Assembly: GCA_973895155.1 (NCBI GenBank)
Contig: OZ316898.1
Coordinates: 17,164,752-17,228,751 of the forward strand
Length of the DNA: 64,000 nt
Direction: 5' to 3'
Origin: Marsupella aquatica
Taxonomy: Eukaryota > Plantae > Marchantiophyta
The notes beneath the pieces are model-generated. The model saw only the letters and a list, made by a program, of their open reading frames with translations, did no database searches and was not told the origin of the DNA. The number at the start of each line of letters is the position of its first letter. The stretch's first letter is position 1. Of this stretch, positions 50,037 through 61,822 are shown piece after piece. A program made the translations under genes and the position numbers.

Positions 50037-53000
50037 TTATTTGCCTAAGTGTTTAGATCTAAAACTTGCAGGACCACATTGTTCTGACAATTGAATACCA
50101 CTACTGTCGCTTTGTAGTTTACAACTAGAACTGTCACCAAAGAAAGATTTGGAAAGGAGAATCATGTGATCAGGTCGTGGAGCCTCATCGTCCTCCTCGT
50201 CATGATCTCCGTCTTCTCGGATACGATTGAGCTCAACCCACAGATTTTGGAGGTCTTTCCAAATCTTATTCATGGTAGGTCTTGCTTTGGATCGCAGCTC
50301 TACACAATCCATGGCCAATCTCCCGACGTTCAAGATGGACTCATGGCCAGCTGGGTCACTGTAGGTCTCTATAAGGGCCGGATCAATCAGTTCGTGCAAA
50401 TCTTCTCTATTAATGTGTGAACTCGCGAAGTTCACTAGACTGTTGTCATCTCCACCCCTGCTGAAGTCGAGTGCAGGCTTTGCTGAGATAAGCTCAAGAA
50501 GGACCACTCCAAAGCTAAAGACATCACTTTTCTCGGTCAAGCGCCAGGTGGTGAAATACTCAGGATCCATGTAGCCCAAGGTGCCCTGGTCAGGCCGAGT
50601 AAATAGATGGGTGGCTTGGAGAGGAGCCAATTTGGAAATTCCAAAATCTGCCACTTTCGCATCAAAATCATCAGTTAATAAGATGTTTGCTGACTTGACA
50701 TCCCTGTGAAATATTGGAGAAGTAGTCGAAGCGTGGAGGTAGTTTAGAGCATTGGCAGTTTGAACCGCGATGTTAAGGCGTTGTTTCCAGCTCAAACGAT
50801 CAGCCCCAATTTTGCCTTGAAGATGCTCTTGGAGTGTGCCATTAGAAACAAACTCGAACACAAGGACAGCAGTCTTGTTCTCCAGACAGCAACCTAGCAA
50901 TTTCACGAGATTGCGGTGGTTCACCTGGGACAAGATCTTCACCTCGTTCAAGAATTGTTCCTTATCTCTCTCGGATCCCTCGCCCTTGCTTCTCTTGATG
51001 GCGACCATGGTTCCGTCATTGAGTTTGCCAATGTATACCGTCCCAAAGCCTCCTTCCCCTATTTGTGCACTCTTTGCAAAGTTGGCTGTGGCTTTCTTTA
51101 TCTCCCTAAGTGACATGAGTGCTGCCGAGTCCCTCTCCAGTAGTGTGTTGATGAGATCTGCATCTTGCTGGTGCCTTTTCTGGTACACTCTCCATCGCCA
51201 GGTTGCAGCGAAACAACTTCCCAGAGCTATTGTCAAAGATCCAGCAGTAGTGACCAGCAGTACCCACCAATGTACACCACCAGCTGCTCCTAGGGAACAT
51301 GGATCTAATGGAAAACCACAAAGTCCAACATTACCAGCAAAGATTTGACGACTAAATAAGGTACTGTTTGGCGGCATTGGAGGAATCGGTCCTGATAAAT
51401 TGTTGTTTGACAGATCCAGAGCCTGTAGAGACGGGAGCTTAAAGATCTCTTCAGGAACAGCTCCACCAATATCATTATAAGAGATATTGAAAAGCCGGAG
51501 AGATGGCAAACACGAGCTGCTGAAAGTTGACCCCGGCATCTCCCCTTTCAAGTGACTATTGCTGAGATCCAGAACTGCAAGCTGAGTTATGTTCCGAAGA
51601 CATGCTTTAGAAAGATACGTTCCCGAAAAATTGTTACCTCCAAGCCGAACCTGTTCCAGACCGTAACCCAGATTGTGACCCCGATTGAGATTGTCTAAGG
51701 TAGCCTTTATTGGGTCTAGAATGGCTGCTGATGTACTCCAGCGAAGATTGTTGTTGCTGAGGTCGACCACTATCATGTATACGTGGTCCATATTTATGAT
51801 TCCTGAGAGGTCTCCTGTGAGGAGGTTATTTTGCAATCGCAAGTCAACTGCGTAAGAACCGTTGACAAGTAGTTTGTTTATGTCGCCACGCAAGCGGTTA
51901 TTTTGGAGCCACAAATAGTAGCTTGCAGGAAAGAGATTTGAAGGAATGTCTCCACTCAAATTATTGTAGCTAAGATCAAGAGTATTAAAACACGAATCCC
52001 TCGTGACTTCAGGTATACTACCATTAAGGAAGTTGTGTGACAAATTGAAGGACGGACAGCCTGCTAAATTTTGCAGCATATCGTTCGGGATATTTCCGAC
52101 GAGGCGATTTTGAGATAAATCTACGGCTAAATCCAAGACAACGAGACTAAAGTTTGGCTGCAGTTTGGAAAATCCAAAAGGGATAGTCCCTGATAATCTA
52201 TTGTGGGATATATTTAGGTACTGCAAATGACTCAAATCTGTTACAGCAGATGGAATGGCGTCTTCTAGCTCATTGAAGGAGGCGGACAATCGCCTTAGAC
52301 TACTATTGGCAACCACAAACCAAGACTCTGAAAATTTTGTGAAGCAGTTGTTGTCGAGCTTCAACTCGACAAGATCTGTTGCATTTGGCAGAGCAGGAAT
52401 GGTACCGGTGAGAGAATTATGAGAAAGATCTACAGAGAGCAGAGTACCTAGGTGACCGATCTCTTTCGGGAACTGGCCAAACAGTTGATTGTGAGCTACA
52501 TTAAGAAACTGCAAATTCTTGAGGCCGTCCAGACTCGGGATCTCACCCGATAGGTTATTTTGCTGAAGCGAAATAAACTGCAGGCTCCGGCAGGAAGATA
52601 CACTGGGTGGTATATGGCCAGATATAGAGTTGAATGAGAGATCGAGGTGGGCAAGTGTCGTCATATTCCAGATACTAGGAAAGTCCAACAAACCATTGGA
52701 TGACAGGTCCAGATAGGTGAGTCGTGTCAAATTGCCAACGTGGAAAAGAAACCCATGGTTGGATGACACATCAAAATGACGAAGATCTCTAAGGTTAGAC
52801 AATAGATCCAGATTGACGTCAAGACTATTAAAGTATAAATCTGAATTGAGAGAATCCATGGGCGCAGTCCAGCCGGAGAAATCAAGCGCCCACACAGTAA
52901 AATTGTTGGAGCAAGTCACTCCAGCCCAGGCACATGTATTCTCGTCCCGCTCCTTCCAGTCGTTCCAATATCCTCCGCCATACCAAAGAAAAGAATTCTT

Positions 53001-53144
53001 TTCTTTGAACTGGAGAAGGGTCTGCACTTCGTCACTTCGATTCTGAGCATCCACTGGCAGCAACAAGACCCAAATCAGCACGACTGCCACAGCTTGAAAG
53101 TATGTCGAGAGCGCAGGGAGCGCCAACTGATACCTCGCCGCCAT
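50037..53144 (-). CDS. Intronless LRR receptor-like kinase (signal peptide, LRRNT, about 20 LRRs with a short island, TM, RD kinase of WAK/WAKL type), 1035 aa
   Basis: ATG at 53144 (MAARYQLAL..VLLLPVDA signal peptide), CAWAGVTC cap, plant LRRs LxxLDLSxNxLSGxIP, FAGNVGLCG C-cap and a TM segment. Kinase motifs GEGGFG, VAIK, HRDVKSANILL, DFG, GTLGYMDPEY and LTEKSDVFSFGVVLLEL. Confidence 0.96.
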   Translation of the reverse strand: MAARYQLALPALSTYFQAVAVVLIWVLLLPVDAQNRSDEVQTLLQFKEKNSFLWYGGGYWNDWKERDENTCAWAGVTCSNNFTVWALDFSGWTAPMDSLNSDLYFNSLDVNLDLLSNLRDLRHFDVSSNHGFLFHVGNLTRLTYLDLSSNGLLDFPSIWNMTTLAHLDLSFNSISGHIPPSVSSCRSLQFISLQQNNLSGEIPSLDGLKNLQFLNVAHNQLFGQFPKEIGHLGTLLSVDLSHNSLTGTIPALPNATDLVELKLDNNCFTKFSESWFVVANSSLRRLSASFNELEDAIPSAVTDLSHLQYLNISHNRLSGTIPFGFSKLQPNFSLVVLDLAVDLSQNRLVGNIPNDMLQNLAGCPSFNLSHNFLNGSIPEVTRDSCFNTLDLSYNNLSGDIPSNLFPASYYLWLQNNRLRGDINKLLVNGSYAVDLRLQNNLLTGDLSGIINMDHVYMIVVDLSNNNLRWSTSAAILDPIKATLDNLNRGHNLGYGLEQVRLGGNNFSGTYLSKACLRNITQLAVLDLSNSHLKGEMPGSTFSSSCLPSLRLFNISYNDIGGAVPEEIFKLPSLQALDLSNNNLSGPIPPMPPNSTLFSRQIFAGNVGLCGFPLDPCSLGAAGGVHWWVLLVTTAGSLTIALGSCFAATWRWRVYQKRHQQDADLINTLLERDSAALMSLREIKKATANFAKSAQIGEGGFGTVYIGKLNDGTMVAIKRSKGEGSERDKEQFLNEVKILSQVNHRNLVKLLGCCLENKTAVLVFEFVSNGTLQEHLQGKIGADRLSWKQRLNIAVQTANALNYLHASTTSPIFHRDVKSANILLTDDFDAKVADFGISKLAPLQATHLFTRPDQGTLGYMDPEYFTTWRLTEKSDVFSFGVVLLELISAKPALDFSRGGDDNSLVNFASSHINREDLHELIDPALIETYSDPAGHESILNVGRLAMDCVELRSKARPTMNKIWKDLQNLWVELNRIREDGDHDEEDDEAPRPDHMILLSKSFFGDSSSCKLQSDSSGIQLSEQCGPASFRSKHLGK

Positions 53145-55004
53145 TGTGCGCGTGTAGAACTCGTCCCGACTGCTGTCACTGCACACAGAAAATTTGACGC
53201 AACCTCTACTGATGGATTTATTTGGCTACAACGTACATGATCGACATGATCGACCTCGGTGAAGTGCATAAGAGGGGAGCCAGGCCAGAGAGGGCAAGTC
53301 ATTGGCAACTCTAGAGTGAAATCCCGTCCTCTCGATCCGCAAGTTCATCATATCCGCTTATTGATGCATTCGTGAGAGATCATGTGGGATCCTTACGCGA
53401 GGAACAACTTGGTTCAGGTGGGCTCCTCGCTCATGCGGCATCTTGAAATCTTTGCTATGGAGAGGAGAAAATTCGAGGTTTCTTCTTATCTTGTTGTAAA
53501 ATAAAATTGATAGTTGGACCGGGGGTTTCAGTCTTCCAAAAGTTCCACCGGGAGTTCCACAAAGGATCGAGGAAAGCATTCTAATGACTGTCTGGTATAT
53601 ATATATCACTGCCAAAAGGACAGGAACGCCAAACTTACCGGGAGACAGTCTGGTATGGAAACAGTTCAACGACGCATCGAGAATCTTGGAAAGCATTCCA
53701 ATGACTGTCTTGTATGGAGTCTCCTCATCTAGCGATAGGAGCTGGAAACCCCGTATGTTAGCTACTGTAGACCTTGGTTGTAAAGATGAAGGGACTGAAC
53801 AGACTAAACCTGCCCACTTGATGGACACCAAAGAGAGATTTAGTACTCTATCAAGCCCTTATGGAGGTGGGCCAATTGAAATTCTTAAAACTCAGTAAAT
53901 ACACAATAGTTAATGAGTGTCCGCCTGCATCATTTGCATCCATGACAGGCCACAAAACCTGCAAAATGCTAATTTTTTAAAACCCAATATTTTCTTGGAT
54001 GACTAAATGGTCTTGGGTTCAGCTTAAAATTATTTGGTGTGATGATTATCTGATGTAATGTGAGTCTTTGGAGATCTCCAACAATCAATGGAGATGTAAT
54101 AAAACTTACTTGTTCACAAATGTAACCTAAAAACTAAAGCTATCCATAAACTAACATAACTACGTACAGAGGACTCGTACATCTTTGTGTCCAAATGACG
54201 AACGACAAAAAAACATTCCGTTCTAAAACATTTCATTTGATCAAAGTTGCACCAAAGTTTTGTGAAAGGTTTTGTGGACCTAAATGCCTGGGTGCTCTAA
54301 GAGTTTTGGTTGCTTTAAAAAAATTTGACCTAGGTTAATTAAGGAAAGTCAATTGGTGAGTTAGGATGCAAAGGTTCAGACCTTTGTGTCCTAGGTCTCT
54401 TGTTCCCCCTCTCCAGCTTGTTCCCCTTAGATCAAATGAGATTAATACTCTCATCAACTATGGAGCGGTCTATGGAGTCCTGTGAATCAGGCAAGACTTC
54501 TGAATGTTTGTGTAGATATGGGTTGAGTTTCAAAATACATTTTTAGTGATGTTGTGTCAATCTGTATAGAAGATCTCCCTGTATTTTTTCAGCCAGCTTT
54601 CAATGTATGCGTGAGACACAGAACTCTCGTTTCCTTGCTCTGTCCTTAGTTCCTTCAATTTCAGCTCTGCATTCGTGTTCTGTGATAGTGGACTTTGCCA
54701 CTTTCCAAAATTGTACTGCACACGAGAAAAGCTGAAAGGCAGTATGCATTTGCTCCGTTGATTCTTTCCAATTCATACTAGTATTATTGATCTGGGTGAA
54801 AAAGCAATCTCCATTTGCATAGTGTTGGGTTTGCGCTATGTTTTGGATTGCACCGCGTAGCTCTTTCTATGGCCTAGCTCTGGAACCTCTTCTGCTTTCT
54901 CTAGAATTTCAGAATTTGTTTTGCACTTTGCTCCTTCAATTATGTGGACCCAGACAAAGTAGGAAAATCCCCTTTCCTGTGAGCTGCCATGTCAGCCCTA
55001 TGTA

Positions 55005-55130
55005 ATTCATTGCTTCTATAAGTGGGCCCAGACTAATAAAGTCCACATTCAATGCTTGTGTAAGTGGGCTCAGACAAATAAACTCCCAATTCATTGCTTC
55101 TATACATGGGCCCAGACAAATAAACTCACT
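55005..55130 (+). repeat. About 42-bp minisatellite, 3 copies
   Basis: ATTCA(T/A)TGCTT..ATA.GTGGGC.CAGAC(A/T)AATAAA repeated. Confidence 0.75.
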
Positions 55131-55736
55131 TTCTTGAGCTACAGTCTTCCCCCAATGGTTTTACTGCCTGCTTGCAGTTATTTTTTCCAAATTAAACTAT
55201 CATATGTATAGACGCTGAGCTCTCAAACTTTCCAGAGCTGCTCACTAATTTTTTATTGAAATTATATGTTTTCCTTTGAGCGTGCCTTTGAGGCCAAAAT
55301 CTCAATAGCTTTTCTACATGCATTAGCTCTAGAGATATTTGGTGCCCTCCACTCCACCTTTGACCAGTTTGATCCTTCCGGCTTGTGCGGTTCTTTGTAT
55401 TGAACAGAGGCCTTTTCCCCTGGTCTCTGTCCTTACCGCCTTCTTTAGACAGAGGGTTTCTGTGACTCTTCATAGGGCTCAGACTTTCACTATCCTTTGT
55501 AGGGCCGAGATAATTGATTTTAGGGTCTCTAGACAGATTTCACTTAGTGACCCTCCTATGTGGTTTACTCATAAGCTCTACCAGGTTTTTCAGTTCTCTG
55601 CACATTACGATTGTAGTCTTCTTTGCTCCTTTGGGGGCTCTTGGTTTTTGTCATTGTTACTTGGTTGTGATGGGGACTCCTTGCCTTGTTCGAACTGTTG
55701 GGTCTTCTTGGGGCCTTTCCTTCTAGCTTCTGTTTC

Positions 55737-55826
55737 CTTCCATTTAATGGGTTGCTTTGCCTTTTCCCTTCCATTTAATGGGTTGTTTTGCCTTTTTCCT
55801 TCCATTTAATGGGTTGCTTTGCCTTT
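55737..55826 (+). repeat. 31-bp minisatellite, 3 copies
   Basis: CTTCCATTTAATGGGTTG(C/T)TTTGCCTTT repeated. Confidence 0.85.
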
Positions 55827-56149
55827 GGGACCTCGTCTTCCCATTTGGCGCCCCTTTGTGCCCTCCGGCACACATATATCACAAAGTATAATGAAAGTTG
55901 AGGGTAGCTAATATGGGCACTGCAAATTCCAGGATTTAATAGTCTTGGAACTTGCGATCGATGGGAGTTATGGAATTGGGGGTGGGGGCTAATGCTGCAC
56001 ATCAAAATATGACATATACACCCCTGCATACAGCGCATACAGTGATAATCCTAGTTTTTTCCTTTCAATCAATGAATGCAACCACATTTTGATGTGTGAT
56101 TACCAGAGGGGGGGCTAATGGTCAGAAGCTACTCCATTGACTATGAGCC

Positions 56150-58328
56150 CGTGCTGAAGTCGAGTGCAGGCTTTGCCGAGATAAGCTCAAGAAGCACCAC
56201 TCCAATGCCTCACTTTTCTCTGTCATGCGCAAGGTACGTGGTGAAATACTCAGGATCCATGTAACCCAAGGCGCCCTGCTCAGGCCGAATAAACACATGG
56301 GTCGCTTGAATATTAGCCAATTTGGATATTCCAAAATCTGCCACTTTCGCATCAAGATCATCAGTTAGTAAGATGTTTGCTGACTTGACATCCCTATGAT
56401 ATATCGGGGAAGTAGTCGAACTGTGGAGGTAGTTTAGAGCATTGGCGGTTTGAACGGTGATGTTAAGGCGTTGTTTCCAGCTCAAACGATCAGCCCAATT
56501 TTGCCTTGAAGATGCTCTTGGACTGTGCCATTAGAAACAAACTCGAACACCAGGACAGCAGTCTTGTTTTCTAAACAGCAACCTAGCAATTTCACAAGAA
56601 TGCGGGGTTCACCCGAGGGTTACCTGGGACAAGATTCTCACTTCGTTCAAGAACTGTTACTTAATTCTTTTTGTGCACTCTTTGCAAAGTTGGCTGTCGC
56701 TTTCTTTATCTCCCTACGTGACATGAGTGTTGCAGAATCCCTCTCCAGCAGTGTGTTGATAAGATCTGCATCTTGTTGGTGCCTTTTCTGCTCCACTCTT
56801 CATCGCCAGTTTGCAGCGAAACAACTTGCCAGAGCTATTGCCACAAACCAGCAATAATGACCAGCAGCACCTACCACTGTACACTCCGCTGTACACCACC
56901 AGCTGCTCCTTGGGAACATTGATCCAACGGGAGACCACAAAGTCCAACATTACCAGCAAAGATTTCACGACTAAATAAGGTACTATTTGGTGGTATGGGA
57001 GATCTCGATATCCGTCCTGATAAATTGTTGTTTGACAGATCCAGACCTTGTAACGGTGGAAACTTAAAGATCTCGTCGGGAACAGCTCCACTAAATAATA
57101 TCATTATAAGAAATATTCATAAGCTGGAGAGATGGCAAACACGAGCCGCTGAAAGTTGCCCCCAACATCTGCCCCTTCAAGTGACTATTGCTGAGATCCA
57201 GAACGGGATCCAGAATTGCGAGCTGGGATATGTTGCCAAGGAATACGTTAGCTAGAAAGAGACGTTCCCGAAAAATTGTTCCCTCCAAGCCGAACCTCGA
57301 CCAGATCTCCATATCGATTGAGAGTGTCTAAGGTAGCCTTTATTTGGTCTCGAATGACTGAGGATGAACTCCAGCGAAGATTGTTGTTGCTGAGGTCCAG
57401 ATTTGTCAGTAATACTAAGGTCCTATTTATGATTCCTGAGAGGCCGCCTGTGAAGAGGTTATTTTGCAACCTCAAGTCAGAAGAGCGCATGGAAACGGTT
57501 ATTTTGAAGCCACAAATAGTAATTTGTGCTGAGGATTTTTGAAGGAACGGGTCCACTCAAATCATTGTAGCTAAGATCAAGAACAGTAAAACGGCAACAT
57601 CAACAAGTATGCTAGCTACCCTTAATGAAGTTGTGTGACAAATTGAAGGAAGGACACAATCCTAAACCGCGGCGATATTTCCCCAGAGTAGATCTACGAC
57701 TAAACGCGGGCGTGGATGCAGTTTGGAAAATCCGAAAGAGATACTCCCTGACAATCTATTGTGGGACATATTTAGCTACTGAAAATTCCACAAATCTTTT
57801 ATAGCAGAAGGAATGGCGCCTCCTAGCTCATTGAAGGAGACGGAGACTCGCGGGTGACTACTATTTGCAACCGGAGACCACGATTGTGAAAACTCTGTGA
57901 ATTAAGCTGTTGTTGTCGATCGAGCGTCAACTCGAGAAGATTGGGTAGATTTCGCAGAGCAGGAATTGTACCGTTCAAAAAATTATGAGATATCTATCGA
58001 GATTGACGATATCAATCAATCCCAAGGGGTATTCTGAATTTAGAGAATCGAGGAGCGCAGCCCAGCCGGAGAAATCAAGTGCCCCCCACTGTAAAATTGT
58101 CGGAGCAAGTCACTCCAACCCAGGCACATGTATTCTCGTCGCCCTCCTTCCAGTCGTTCCAGTATCCTCCTCTAAACCAAAGTCAAGGATGCTTTTCTTT
58201 GAACTGGAGGAGGGTCTGCATTTCGTCACTTCATCCACTGGGAGCACTAAGACCCATATTAGCACGACTGCCACACCTTGAAAGTAAATCAAGTGCGCAG
58301 GGAACGACAACAGAAACCTCGCCGCCAT
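56150..58328 (-). pseudogene. Tandem pseudogene copy of the adjacent LRR-RLK
   Basis: Collinear with 50450-53144 (MAARF.., FAGNVGLCG, SWKQRLNITVQTANALNYLH, HRDVKSANILL) but has many frameshifts and stops. It has lost several LRRs (about 57990) and the GEGGFG..VAIK segment (about 56665), and is 3'-truncated at about 56150. Confidence 0.93.
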
Positions 58329-59666
58329 TCTCCATGCCCCACTATTTGATGGCACTTTGTCGAGCAGCGTCTTGTTGCCTCTCTTTCTACCCAGTCGCAG
58401 GTGCAGCTCAAGATTGGCCAAAAAAAATTAAAAAATTGGTCAATCGTCCCATCCTCTCGATCCGCAAGTTCATGTTATCCGCTCATTGAAATGGAGTGGT
58501 GGAAAACGAGAGCAAGTCGGAGACGATAATGTGCACAAATTGGTGCCTTCGTGACAGAGTTCATGTGGGCTCCTATCCGCTATCCGAGGAGGACCTTGGT
58601 TCATGTGGCCTCCCTCACCCATGCAGCATTTTGAAAGCTTTGCTATGGAGGAAGAGAATTTCGTGGTTTCTTCATAACTTACTATAATATCAAACTATAG
58701 TGAGACCGATGGTTTCAGTCTTCTAACACGTGAACGACGCGTCGAGAATTTTGGAATGGATTCCACTGACTGCCTTGAAAACGCATCAAAATGTGGTAAC
58801 ATAGTGCACAGATATAAAAATAATTATGAGGTTTATCATGATATTGAGCGCTGTCGTACACCCTATATGTCATATATTTGATGCGATCCATCTTTAATGG
58901 AGTCTCGTCACTTAATTTTCAATCGCATCTGGCCTGACCTAGCGATAGGAGCTGAAATTCACGTACGGTACTAGACCTTGGTTTTAGAATTTACTCTCGA
59001 TGATGATCTGGAGAGATATTATGGGCTCACTTCTCATCCAGCATCTTTACAAATTTTCCCCTAGCTTTGTGACGTCTGCATACTCATCATGCAGTCGGAT
59101 TGATAAATCTGCCATCAGCAGTGTATGTGCTTAATAGATCGAAACTGATCATTTTTCCATCTGCTGGGTGCCACTTCCTAAGGAGCAACAATTGAGTCAT
59201 ACAGGGGAGACAAATGTGAACCCGATCTCCCAGCAAATGTACATAAAATCCTCTTTCAACGAGTATTCTACCGCTTAGCTAAAGAACCTATCAATGAATA
59301 CACTACCGACATTGACTCTCTTATATATTGAACTACTACGACCACTTTTTAATGAGCTACTGTAGTTATATTATCCCACTTTTTAATGAGCTACTGTAGT
59401 TATATTATCCTTTGTCACAGTAAGTTGCTCAAACTCAATGTCAACTGTGGTAAAATCTATTCCACTCTCAAACGCAAAGCTTGGTCTCATGTTTGGTGGA
59501 AGACTGAAGTCTTGCAGAGTTCAAGAATAGTCAGATTTTGCCATCATAAGTCGTCATTTCTGCTGGATTGACTACAACAGATTTTTCAACTATTGGGATT
59601 TGGACCACTATCGGACCATATACAGCTGTCACTTGAAAGGCACCCCCACCCACTATCCCCACAAAA

Positions 59667-60333
59667 GGGGGTCACATCAATATGACATATGAGGTGTACA
59701 CATATCTCCCTACATGATAATCTCATTATTATTTTTTAAATCAATGAGTGCACACCCTATATTGTCACAATTTGATATGTGCTTACAGGCAGGGCACAAA
59801 AGGGGAGCCTTCCAAGATGGATGTGGGGTGAGGAACATTGTGTCTCTTTATCCAAAGCAAAGCTGATTTTTCATACTTTTGGCCAAAATCTGTAGGTCAA
59901 GCTTCATTCTTTGGACCCCCTCAAGGAGAAGTGTCAATTTTTGACCCAAAAAAGGAAAATCCACATCAGCAAAAAGAAAGAAGGGGGGGGGGGGGGGGGG
60001 TCACACCAATATGACATATGAGGTGTACACATATCTCCCTACATGATAACCTCATTATTATTTTTTAAATCAATGAGTGCACACCCTATGTTATCACAAT
60101 TTGATATGTGCTTACCGGCAGGGCACAAAAGGGGAGCCTTCCAATGAAGATGGATGGTGGGGTGAGGAACATTGTGTCTCTTTATCCAAAGCAAAGCTGA
60201 TTTTTCATACACTTGGCCAAAATCTGTAGGTCAAGCTTCATTCTTTGGACCACCTCAAGGGGAAGTGTCAATTTTTGACCCAAAAAAGGAAAATCCACAT
60301 CAGCAAAAAGAAAGAGGGGGGGGGGGGGGGGGG
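59667..60333 (+). repeat. Recent tandem duplication of about 333 bp, each unit ending in a poly-G run
   Basis: Units 59667-60000 and 60001-60333 are nearly identical, with G runs of about 18 nt at 59983-60000 and about 60316-60333. Confidence 0.9.
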
Positions 60334-60859
60334 CGCATTGACACAAGACTACGTTGGGTAATAGTTTTGCGGGATCTTGCCCCAAGTTCATGTAAAGTGA
60401 AGTATGGCTAATTCCATGATTTGAATGGCTAGGATTACATCTCACATATTGAAAAAAGAACTGCTGTCCTGGAGTTCTAGTAAAGCTCCTCTATATAACC
60501 TCCCATTATTCCTTTGCCTCCTGTGCATGCTCTCCCACTCACTTCTTATCATAGGACCCTTGTCCCCTAAACCCTAAACAGGTTTTTTGGTGATTTCTAA
60601 ATTGCGCAATTAATGTAGTGAAATCTACCTTTTGGATTATAGATAGCCCCTAATGAACAAAATGACATGACAGTCATTAAAAAAACTTGGAAAATATGAT
60701 TTACTCTTTTAATTGTAGAAGTGAGGCCATCGTTTAGGGTCTTTAGTTATATTCCTCTGCTGGACCTTCCTATGCAGTTTACCCCGGAGCTCTACCAGGC
60801 TTTTTGGTTTGTCAATAGGTAGGCTTTTAGGCTTCAAGTTACTGGCGGTTGTTTGTGTT

Positions 60860-60890
<31 letters not shown>

Positions 60891-61499
60891 TGGGGGGGCG
60901 GGGAGGTGGTTGGCTGAAGAGGGGTACACTGTCCATCCATGATTCAGAGACAAGCATCTTACTTTGCATCCAAAACTAGCAGTTCACTGACTTGTTATCT
61001 CGAGATTTCAAGAGGTGTAAGCCTGGATGCAGCTTTATACAGTCCATGGGTCCTATAGGTCAAATAGACTGTGTCCCATATCATTTCATAGTCAGTTCTT
61101 TAAATGCCTGAGTTTCTTATTATTTACAACAACCCCAATGCTTCCAGGTCAAGTGTTAGTTTTCCTCGGATAGGGCTGGACTTTAATTATCTCTGGCAGT
61201 TCCCATGAACTCTGTAAAGCTGTTACACAAGTGTTTAGAGTACTGTTATACCGGATGTTCTTGGACCCATCACAAACATTAAAAAAAATAGAGACTGGAC
61301 TGGTTTAAAATCTTTTCTTCTGCCTGCTTGTAGTTGACATACTCTAAATCAAAACAAACATGAACTCCAGTTAGTGAGCATAATTTACCCACCTCGTGGT
61401 CAATCTTTCTCTTGGTGCCTAGGTTTCCCAAATCTCGCACTGAACATGAAAGCTCCATTTGGGATTTTCTCTGAGACCTATTTGGGTAAATTATTTCCC

Positions 61500-61822
61500 T
61501 CTCTTCTTTTTCTTTTATCTTGAATGAAAATGTGGAACAACACTTAGTAGATTCCCCTCACCCCAATAGTGCCATAAATGATGTAGGAAACCCATTTCAG
61601 GATGATCCCCCACTGATCTGACAGGGATCCTCACCAGGAGGGAGAGAGATTAAATCAGAGTCACAAATTGGACAACCAGGGGCCGAGTGGATATTCAGAA
61701 CTCTCATTCAGTATCCACATATATACATTCCACAAAGAGGGTGCAGTGGGGAGATTGAACGTGAGACCTCTCAGTTGCAGGTTAGTCCCCGGCCAACCAA
61801 CTGACCAAAGCTTGGTTTTCTC
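61500..61822 (-). mobile_element. Possible tRNA-derived SINE
   Basis: The minus-strand head has an A-box-like TGGTCAGTTGG, CTGCAAC, AGAGGTC and a B-box-like GTTCAATC. An A-rich tail lies about 300 bp downstream. The acceptor stem does not close, so this is not an intact tRNA. Confidence 0.35.

Noticed and set aside
50836-51348. 170-aa antisense ORF within the LRR-RLK, and similar antisense ORFs in BT1 and TauE
   Set aside because: Shadow ORFs of real coding sequence.
61740-61822. Functional tRNA-Cys gene
   Set aside because: The stems do not pair as a cloverleaf. It is retained only as a SINE candidate.
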